Below are positions 57,391-64,000 of a stretch of DNA of 64,000 nucleotides, one piece after another. Each line of letters starts with the position of its first letter. The first letter of the stretch is position 1. Position numbers and translations under genes: made by a program. The DNA comes from Ktedonobacteraceae bacterium. Lineage in GTDB: Bacteria; Chloroflexota; Ktedonobacteria; Ktedonobacterales; Ktedonobacteraceae. The DNA is taken from contig DAOUDD010000010.1 in NCBI GenBank assembly GCA_034431765.1, forward strand, positions 23,403 to 87,402, given 5' to 3'. The notes below the pieces were generated by a model. The model saw nothing but the letters and a program-made list of their open reading frames with translations. It did not search any database and was not told where the DNA came from.

Positions 57391-57645
57391 TTACTCAGCG
57401 GTAAGAGCTTCAGGTGCTTCTGCCTGTACATCTACATTAGAGATGGTGTGTCCAACCGTCCGTAAAGCTGTTGCAATCTGCTCCTGTGTCACAACATCTT
57501 TATCATAGCGTAGTGAAACGGTTTTAGAGGGAACGTCAGTGCTAAGTATCTCGACAGTGGGTACCTCGTTAAGCGCACGTACAACCTTTTTCATGCACCC
57601 CTGACACCCGATCTTTGGAAGCGTCATCACTTGTTCTTGTTGCAT
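57391..57645 (-). CDS. copZ: heavy-metal-associated (HMA) domain copper chaperone-like protein
   Basis: GCQGCMKKV (CxxC) in a roughly 70-aa ferredoxin-like fold; an alternative start lies at 57627. Confidence 0.75.
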   Translation of the reverse strand: MQQEQVMTLPKIGCQGCMKKVVRALNEVPTVEILSTDVPSKTVSLRYDKDVVTQEQIATALRTVGHTISNVDVQAEAPEALTAE

Positions 57646-58039
57646 ACATTTATCTCTTTCTACAATGTTCTTTGGTAGTCGTCATTCAAATAGAGGTTAG
57701 AGAATAGGATACACAGAGCATCCGCCTTGGTGAATGCTAGAGCATCCCATACCCCCTCTACATGCTCCACTCGGAACATAGCATGGAGTGTACGAGGAGA
57801 AGGGTTTTCTGTCTATTCGGAGAAGTACCTAGTATTTTTCTCATTGCAGTATCTTGAAACCGAAGCGAACTATACGCAATTTAGAGATACTCGTGGCCCA
57901 CCTCTTCAGCAGTATGAGTGTACCGGAGTATCCCAAGAGGATCAAAGTGATTTTGCATCAGGTATCCGAATCTAGAAACATCAAGGTCAGGAGAAAATTT
58001 CTGCAATTTCGTTTTGAGTGGTGCAAGAAAGGGAGGAAG

Positions 58040-58113
58040 GGTGACCGATGGGGCTTGAACCCACAACCGCTGGAGCCACAATCCAGAGCTCTGCCGATTG
58101 AGCTACGGCCACC
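58040..58113 (-). tRNA. tRNA-His (anticodon GUG) with encoded G-1
   Basis: Manual fold: G-1:C73, acceptor GTGGCCG/CGGTCAC, anticodon stem CTGGA/TCCAG with loop TTGTGGC, T-arm GTGGG-TTCAAGC-CCCAT. CCA is not encoded. Confidence 0.9.
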
Positions 58114-58139
58114 ACACACTGTGTCGTAAACACATCGCC

Positions 58140-58168
58140 AGTATAGTAGACCTCTTGCGTTTTGTCAA
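58140..58168 (-). promoter_or_regulatory. sigma-70-type promoter for tRNA-His
   Basis: On the minus strand: TTGACA (58168..58163), 17-nt spacer, TATACT (58145..58140), about 27 nt upstream of the mature 5' end. Confidence 0.6.
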
Positions 58169-58281
58169 TAGGCAGAGACACCTTTTTCTTACCAATTTTT
58201 TGTCATATCGTACAACAAGGTATTTTATGAAAACGTGGCGAGAAAATCACGATGTCTTCAGCTTCGTGAATGAACGCCCCC

Positions 58282-58941
58282 CTAACTGACTAGCTCGATA
58301 GTCGGATCAGCCCACTTCATCACCTTCGCAAACTCCCGTGCTTTTTCGACATAATCCTCGGCATCCAAAGTCCCAATCTGCCCGGGTCCATACATTTCGT
58401 TGCTTAAGCCCCAGTATTTAACGTTATAGGGTTTCTCGTGTCCATGTTCGCGGCGCAAATTAGCCCAATATGTGTTGCCAGTCCCATTACAATATTCAAC
58501 CCAGCCTTGCGCTTCATCCATGGTTCCGGTACCCATGTTGACACAGATGTATGGCTCAGTTCCTAATAGTTTACAGAATTGCATGAATTCATTTGTGCCA
58601 AAGCGATTAGGCTCTTCTTTATGCCAGGCCAATTCTCGACGGCGTGGGCGTTGCTTGACTGGTCCAACACCGTCAAGCCAATGGTAGCCACTGACGAAAT
58701 TGCCACCCGGCCAACCCATGATTGGATTGCGTAGTGGTCGCAATGCATCAAGCACATCATGGCGAAACCCCTGCTTATCACTTAATGGAGAGCCTTCCTC
58801 AAAAATACCACCATAGATACAGCGCCCTAAATGTTCGATAAAGCCACCGTAGATTTTGCTATCTACAGAATCTAAGTCCAAAGACGAAGGCTTCAATAGA
58901 CGTGCCAGATCTCCTAGCCCCGCTGTAAAGCCATAAGCCAT
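58282..58941 (-). pseudogene. GH51 alpha-L-arabinofuranosidase, 3'-truncated (N-terminal ~219 of ~500 aa)
   Basis: IYGGFIEHLGRCIYGGI, WPGGNFVSGYHW, RFGTNEFMQFC, EYCNG and VKYWGLSNEMYGPGQIG (acid/base Glu region) are present. The ORF stops after ..PTIELVS, and no downstream frame continues the family. Confidence 0.7.
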
Positions 58942-59325
58942 AGTACTGACAAGTACAAAGAAAAGTTTGGCTGAATAGAGAAAGGTTATAACTCATGAAT
59001 CATATTCTGTGCTACCATGCCTAAAAACACGTGTATTTCTATTGCATCGGACAAGCGTACATCTCCTTTATATAGATAAACAAGAATACACAAATAAAAC
59101 CATCTCAGAAGTAGTTTATATAATTTTCTATCCAAAAATCTCACTATGCCGAGTTTAATATTGCACAACTTATTTGTGGTATGTATAATATAAGAGAGTA
59201 GAACAAGAAGGAAACACGTGTGTTTCTTTCCCATGGTTCACCAGCTCCATTTTAGAATTTCGCATCACCGATATAGCATACCGTAAGAAGTATGTGGGAA
59301 GATTATGTGGAAAGGGTTGTATAAG

Positions 59326-59991
59326 ATGGCTCGCCGTCCAAAACTATTACCATATCCATCTGCCGAGACAGGTGTTCATGAGCAGACACAAAAGCTGCAC
59401 ACAGTTTTGCCGCTCTTTACATTGCCGATCAGCCAGACAAACCAGAGTATGTTAGAGGAGCCAACGGAGCGTATCCCGAACGTTGCTGCCCCTGCACCAA
59501 AACCACTGAGAAAGCCGCAGCGAGTACCTAAAGTGGTGAAGATCGGCTCAAAATATGAGAAATTTTATGTGACACGTCCATTCCTTCCGGCCCATCCTCA
59601 GTCACATATAGCAAAACAGCTTGTTCAGCAGAAAATTAACAGAAAGAAAAAGAAGCTTTCTCCCGCACGTCGCCTCGGAATGATTTTCCAGGAATTACTC
59701 TACCTGAGCATTGCGCTTACGCTGGGATTTCTCGTCCATATTGTTCTAGCAGGCAATCCCATTTACCAATTCGTCTGTTGGGCAATTATCGTAGTATTGT
59801 GGTCTAATTTCTCCAGTGCCACTTTACGCACGTATTCACGTAAGAAGATGAATAAGGTTCTTACAACTTTGCATTTACCAGCAATTCCTAAGACACTTGG
59901 TAGAACTGCACACCTGCGTTCTCTTCAGGACGATACTACAGCTTATCTCAAAGCTATTCGCAATCTCGGGTCGATGAAAGAGAGAAAATAG
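59326..59991 (+). CDS. hypothetical two-TM membrane protein upstream of the GT2 synthase
   Basis: MARRPK.. start 9 nt after GAAAGGG (the track ATG 59305 is also possible). Basic/Pro-rich N-terminus and two TM helices (LLYLSIALTLGFLVHIVLA, FVCWAIIVVLWSNF). The stop is 2 nt before the next start. Confidence 0.55.
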   Translation: MARRPKLLPYPSAETGVHEQTQKLHTVLPLFTLPISQTNQSMLEEPTERIPNVAAPAPKPLRKPQRVPKVVKIGSKYEKFYVTRPFLPAHPQSHIAKQLVQQKINRKKKKLSPARRLGMIFQELLYLSIALTLGFLVHIVLAGNPIYQFVCWAIIVVLWSNFSSATLRTYSRKKMNKVLTTLHLPAIPKTLGRTAHLRSLQDDTTAYLKAIRNLGSMKERK

Positions 59992-59993
59992 GG

Positions 59994-61355
59994 ATGTCAA
60001 AAATAAAAATTATCATTTATAGCTCCCTTTATATGCTTACCATTGCCATTTTCATATCAACTTTTGTTTTTCAGTCGCATCCTATTGAGAACACACCTAT
60101 TCTCGTTCTACGCACCATTATTGTTTTGTTTGCGACTATTTTGCTCACAAAATACACTTTGTACTTGCTTGTCTGTCCATGGTATGAAACATTTGGGAAA
60201 CCAGAGAAGAAGCAACAACAACTCTATAAAAATTACGAACCCCTCGTTTCAGTTATTATTCCTGCCTGGAACGAGGAGGTTGGTCTGCTTGCCACCATTA
60301 AAACGCTGCTCGCGAGCAGTTATCGAAACATGGAACTGGTCGTGGTAAATGATGGCTCAACTGATCGCTCCGATCAGATGATGAGAGAGTTTCAGACAAA
60401 GTATGACCGTGAAACAGCAGGCATGGAAGGGCGCATTGCTCTGGTCTATCACTATCAACAAAATGGGGGAAAGGGTTCGGCGCTCAACACAGGTATCCGC
60501 CTCTCTCATGGTGAGATTCTCATCAGTATCGACGCTGATTGTATCGTTCATGAACACGCGATTCGTAACTTCGTCAAGTGTTTTCGTGATCCAGAAGTGA
60601 TGTCGGCGGTAGGCAATGTACGCATTGGCAATAAGAAATCGCTTGTCGGCACTATCCAATACCTGGAATATCTCTTCTCATTCTATTTCAAGAAAGCCGA
60701 TTCGATCCTGAACACCATCTATATCGTTGGGGGAGCTGCAGGCGCATATCGGCGGGAAGTGTTTGAGAAGCTAGGTCCATATAGCACGAAGAATATCACA
60801 GAAGATATAGAACTCTCTGTGCGCATTCAGAAGGCGGGTATGAAGATTGTCTACGCACCTGATGCAGTGATCATCACTGAAGGGGCCAGCGATGTCAAAG
60901 GTTTGATGAAGCAGCGCCTGCGCTGGAAACGAGGTCGTTTTGAAACCTTCAGTGAACATCGCGATCTCTTCTTCAGCCTGAAAAAGCACCACAACAAGCT
61001 CCTTACCTGGGTCGTTCTGCCTCTGGCGGTATTCGGAGAACTACAACTCGGACTTGAGCTGCTGTTTATCTTGCTTCTTTACATCTTCTCATTTATAACC
61101 AGCGATTTCTCAGCGTTTATCTCAGGAGTCGTGGTTGTATCGCTGATTTTTTTCATCCAGATTTTCGAGGACAAGGAACATCGCAAGCTCTCATACCTGT
61201 TTCTCGCACCTATTGGCTGGCTACTCTTCTACTTTACGACCCTGGTCGAGTTCAACGCGCTCTTGAAATCACTCTGGGGGTTAATACGGAAAAAAGAGCT
61301 GAAATGGCAGAAGTGGCAACGTCAGGGAGCAGTTGATTCCAACCAGAAAGGATAA
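59994..61355 (+). CDS. processive family-2 glycosyltransferase (PgaC/IcaA/NodC-like synthase)
   Basis: Two N-terminal and about three C-terminal TM helices. Motifs VSVIIPAWNEE, VVNDGSTD, SIDADC, TEDIELS and the processivity motif KQRLRWKRG (Q-x-x-R-W). Confidence 0.88.
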   Translation: MSKIKIIIYSSLYMLTIAIFISTFVFQSHPIENTPILVLRTIIVLFATILLTKYTLYLLVCPWYETFGKPEKKQQQLYKNYEPLVSVIIPAWNEEVGLLATIKTLLASSYRNMELVVVNDGSTDRSDQMMREFQTKYDRETAGMEGRIALVYHYQQNGGKGSALNTGIRLSHGEILISIDADCIVHEHAIRNFVKCFRDPEVMSAVGNVRIGNKKSLVGTIQYLEYLFSFYFKKADSILNTIYIVGGAAGAYRREVFEKLGPYSTKNITEDIELSVRIQKAGMKIVYAPDAVIITEGASDVKGLMKQRLRWKRGRFETFSEHRDLFFSLKKHHNKLLTWVVLPLAVFGELQLGLELLFILLLYIFSFITSDFSAFISGVVVVSLIFFIQIFEDKEHRKLSYLFLAPIGWLLFYFTTLVEFNALLKSLWGLIRKKELKWQKWQRQGAVDSNQKG

Positions 61356-61439
61356 ATAAGGGATAATACAAGGGCGCGTAGCATCTACTAGCCAGCGCCC
61401 CCAATTTCCTTACTGGCTCAGAATGCTGTATAGAGACCC

Positions 61440-61468
61440 TTGACAAGCAGAGATGCCTATCCTACACT
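61440..61468 (+). promoter_or_regulatory. candidate promoter for the serine acetyltransferase gene
   Basis: TTGACA (61440..61445), 17-nt spacer, TACACT (61463..61468). Confidence 0.45.
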
Positions 61469-61521
61469 CCAAAGAGAGTAGCTAAAGTAGCTAAAAGCGA
61501 ATAGGGATAGTAGAGAAAGGG

Positions 61522-62331
61522 ATGCAATCAGGTATGTCCAGCACACCCAAGAGACCCTTGAGAGCGGCAGAAGATACAGGATCTATAGCAACAGGAGGCA
61601 CAGGTGTAGCCAGCCTTGACCAGCAGGAGCTAAGTGATGAGAGTAGCGAGGCAGACCTCGCGAACCTTCCAGAGCTTCCTCCAGGCATCGTTATTGCAGC
61701 ACCCAGTAAAATACCGCGTCGTCGCACACGCTGGATCGACGCTATCGACGTTATTTTTGAGAAAGATCCGGCGTGCACAAGCATCTTTGAGGCCCTGGTA
61801 TATCCGGGCCTCTGGGCTATCTTCTATCACCGTATTGCTCATGCACTCTACAACGCTCATATTCCTTTTATACCGCGAGTGATCGCCCAGTTTGCACGCT
61901 TCGTCACAGGTGGGATCGAGATTCATCCAGGTGCGCAGATAGGGAAGCGTTTCTTTATCGATCATGGAGCCGGTGTCGTCATAGGTGAAACGACAGTGAT
62001 CGGTGATAATGTGATGCTCTATCACCAGGTCACGCTCGGAGCTACAGGCTGGTGGCGTCCGGGGCCAGGGCGGAAACAGAAACGGCATCCGACTATCGAA
62101 GATGGAGTTACTATTGGCGTTGGAGCTGCTCTTCTTGGACCTATTACAATTGGACGAGGGAGCAAAATTGGCGCAATGGCTCTGGTGCTTGAGTCTGTCC
62201 CTCCAAATTCAGTTGTCGCAGCCAAACCTGCCGAGCTGCTTGTAAAAGGGGGTGAAACACTGGAAAAGCATCAGGAACTCACGCAAGGGTGGAATGGCAA
62301 TAACAGTTGGGAGATGGACTACCAGATTTAG
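61522..62331 (+). CDS. cysE: serine O-acetyltransferase with ~65-aa low-complexity N-terminal extension
   Basis: YPGLWAIFYHRIAHAL, GIEIHPGAQIGKRFFIDHGAGVVIGETTVIGDNV and a hexapeptide beta-helix. Confidence 0.88.
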   Translation: MQSGMSSTPKRPLRAAEDTGSIATGGTGVASLDQQELSDESSEADLANLPELPPGIVIAAPSKIPRRRTRWIDAIDVIFEKDPACTSIFEALVYPGLWAIFYHRIAHALYNAHIPFIPRVIAQFARFVTGGIEIHPGAQIGKRFFIDHGAGVVIGETTVIGDNVMLYHQVTLGATGWWRPGPGRKQKRHPTIEDGVTIGVGAALLGPITIGRGSKIGAMALVLESVPPNSVVAAKPAELLVKGGETLEKHQELTQGWNGNNSWEMDYQI

Positions 62332-62340
62332 CACCGCTGC

Positions 62341-63273
62341 TCACTCATAGAGGCAAAGTGTGTCGATTACTGTCTTCCAGAAACGTGGAACATCGAGATC
62401 GTACCCGACACGCATGTTAGAAGGTTTTCCCAGCATTCTATAAGGATCACACACAGTACGTCCGCTTGTCCATGTTCCAGTAAGTTCAATAGTCACATAC
62501 ATCGATGCAGCGAGAACAATCTCAGGCTCAATGACAGCAACAACTGCACATGGATCATGAACTGGTGGGTCTGAAAAACCAAAAACATCTCTATAGGTCT
62601 GTTTAAAAAAGATGAGCAGATCTGCCGCGAAACTCGTTACAGTACGCCCAGCATCATAAAGCTGTTGCACTATCCTTTCACTTGCTAGAGCGCGATGTGT
62701 TACTTCAAGTGGCACCATTGTCATTCGACAGCCAGATTCAAAGACGATAGCTGCCGCTTCTGGATCGCACCAGATATTAAACTCAGCAGCGGGATGCATA
62801 TTGCCCAGGCCAATAGCCCCTCCCATAAATGAGATTGCACAGATTTTTGGCACAATTGCTGGTTCCTTGCGCATAGCGGTTGCAATGTTCGTGAGTGGAC
62901 CCGTTGCAATTATCGTGATATCGCCGTCAGACTGAAGCAAAAGCTCGATCAATAGATCAACTGCATGGAGAGAAACAAGCTCCAGCGATGGCTCGGGGAT
63001 CTGTGGCCCATCCAGACCTGATTCTCCATGAATATTTGGCGCGAAACGTGGAGGGCGCGTTAATGGACGCGAGCATCCTTTTGCAATAGGAATATTGTCA
63101 ATTCGCGCAAGCGAACATACTTTTAGTGCATTGTGCGACGTTTTATCTACAGACTGATTTCCAGCAACCGTAGTGATCGCAAGTAGCTCCACAGCAGGAT
63201 GACGGGCTGCTAACAGGATTGCAATTGCATCATCGTGACCAGGATCACAATCAAGGATGATTTTTTGTCTCAT
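62341..63273 (-). CDS. nucleoside hydrolase (inosine/uridine-preferring family)
   Basis: N-terminal KIILDCDPGHDDAIAILLA aspartate cluster; 310 aa. Confidence 0.9.
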   Translation of the reverse strand: MRQKIILDCDPGHDDAIAILLAARHPAVELLAITTVAGNQSVDKTSHNALKVCSLARIDNIPIAKGCSRPLTRPPRFAPNIHGESGLDGPQIPEPSLELVSLHAVDLLIELLLQSDGDITIIATGPLTNIATAMRKEPAIVPKICAISFMGGAIGLGNMHPAAEFNIWCDPEAAAIVFESGCRMTMVPLEVTHRALASERIVQQLYDAGRTVTSFAADLLIFFKQTYRDVFGFSDPPVHDPCAVVAVIEPEIVLAASMYVTIELTGTWTSGRTVCDPYRMLGKPSNMRVGYDLDVPRFWKTVIDTLCLYE

Positions 63274-63591
63274 ACTCTCTTCCCTTAGAAACTTTCTGCA
63301 TCTTCTGTACAGAATAGAACATCTTGTTCTCCAACAAACACTTCTGAAACTGATACAATCACGGTTACATTACTGTTCTTCACGCTTACGAAGTTTGATT
63401 TATAGCAGGCAGTCTATAAAGACAAGGCAAGAGGTGTAATTTTATCCTAGCATGCAGACAAGTATTTTTCAAGTAAGAAATTGGAGAAAACACTCGACGC
63501 TGACTCCCGACCTTGCTATAATGTCGCTGAGAGGATGTGAAGCATTCTTCTCTCAACAAAAATATAAACTCTACTATTCAGGAGTATTTCA

Positions 63592-64000
63592 GTGTCAGTA
63601 CACACACCTGGTCACTTACTTATAGGACAATCAGGCGGCGCGACCGCCGTTATAAATGCGAGTCTCGTTGGTGCTGTGCAGACGGCCCTTGCTGATACAC
63701 GTATCGGAAACATCTACGGAATGCATTATGGTATTGAAGGACTGCTCAAAGAAGATATTCTCGACTTACGTCAGCAGCCTGCAATGCTCTGGTCGCAACT
63801 GCTTGATACGCCCTCTGCGGCGCTTGGTTCTTGCCGTTACAAACTGCAAGAGCATGATCCTGAGCGTGCGCTCGACATTTTGCGGCGCTATGATGTGCGC
63901 TACGTTCTGTATATCGGTGGGAACGACTCGGCAGATACAGCTCACCGTCTTGCCCAGACCGCGCGTCAGGCAAATTATGAGTTACACATCATCAGTGTTC
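63592..64000 (+). CDS. 6-phosphofructokinase family protein (ATP- or PPi-dependent), 5' part, runs out of the window
   Basis: GTG 63592 lies 6 nt after CAGGAG. The open frame to the window end reads LLIGQSGGATAVINAS..YIGGNDSADTA (PFK motifs). It is absent from the ORF track because no stop is reached. Confidence 0.75.
   Translation, partial: MSVHTPGHLLIGQSGGATAVINASLVGAVQTALADTRIGNIYGMHYGIEGLLKEDILDLRQQPAMLWSQLLDTPSAALGSCRYKLQEHDPERALDILRRYDVRYVLYIGGNDSADTAHRLAQTARQANYELHIISV

Noticed and set aside
57646-57800. CsoR-type operator upstream of the CopZ-like gene (ATACCCCCTCTAC, flanked by GAGCAT..ATGCTC)
   Set aside because: Only one TACCCC half-site is present, without the matching GGGGTA arm. 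No csoR gene is in the window. The evidence is too weak to call.
52143-58113. Copper island as a tRNA-His-integrated genomic island
   Set aside because: I found no integrase, no recombinase, and no direct repeat of the tRNA 3' end. Only the truncated GH51 gene on the other side of the tRNA hints at rearrangement.

Overview
A 64-kb chromosomal segment of about 50% GC. All calls come from motif-level reading of the six-frame translations; no database search was possible. The gene content suggests a Chloroflexota, Ktedonobacteria-like genome: a CYP102-type self-sufficient P450, F420/LLM oxidoreductases, a DeoR-type rhamnose regulon and an IS5-family element. That taxonomic guess is inference only.

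I support about 50 CDS, 2 tRNAs (Gln-UUG and His-GUG, each behind a near-consensus TTGACA-17-TAnnnT promoter) and one intact 949-bp IS5-family element with a 3-bp target duplication and a -1 frameshift site. There are also 2 gene remnants and several strong intrinsic terminators. I recognised no rRNA, CRISPR array, prophage or known defence system.

Recognisable functional blocks:
- yitJ-like methionine-cycle fusion, followed by infC (non-AUG start, acidic C-terminal tail, uncoupled from rpmI-rplT).
- glmU, a CNNM/CorC-type gene and HMG-CoA lyase as one tight operon.
- Sulfur-carrier cysteine pathway moeZ / cysO-cysM-mec.
- TetR plus CYP102.
- Divergent lutC-lutBA and rhaR-rhaI-rhaB rhamnose/lactate locus.
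- Copper island: cupredoxin, CopC-CopD, CopC, DUF2182, a Cys-rich DUF1326-like protein and a CopZ-like protein.
- F420/LLM, methyltransferase and Gfo/Idh/MocA cluster.
- Processive GT2 synthase locus.

The best candidates for undescribed biology are:
1. A 649-aa protein combining six ferredoxin-type Cys clusters with two cNMP-binding-like domains. It is translationally linked to a His-rich polytopic membrane protein (35133..37997).
2. The DUF2182 / Cys-rich pair embedded in the copper island.
3. A 9-mer, TAGAGCAAG, found only in intergenic leaders. It occurs twice as a tandem pair spaced about 30 nt.
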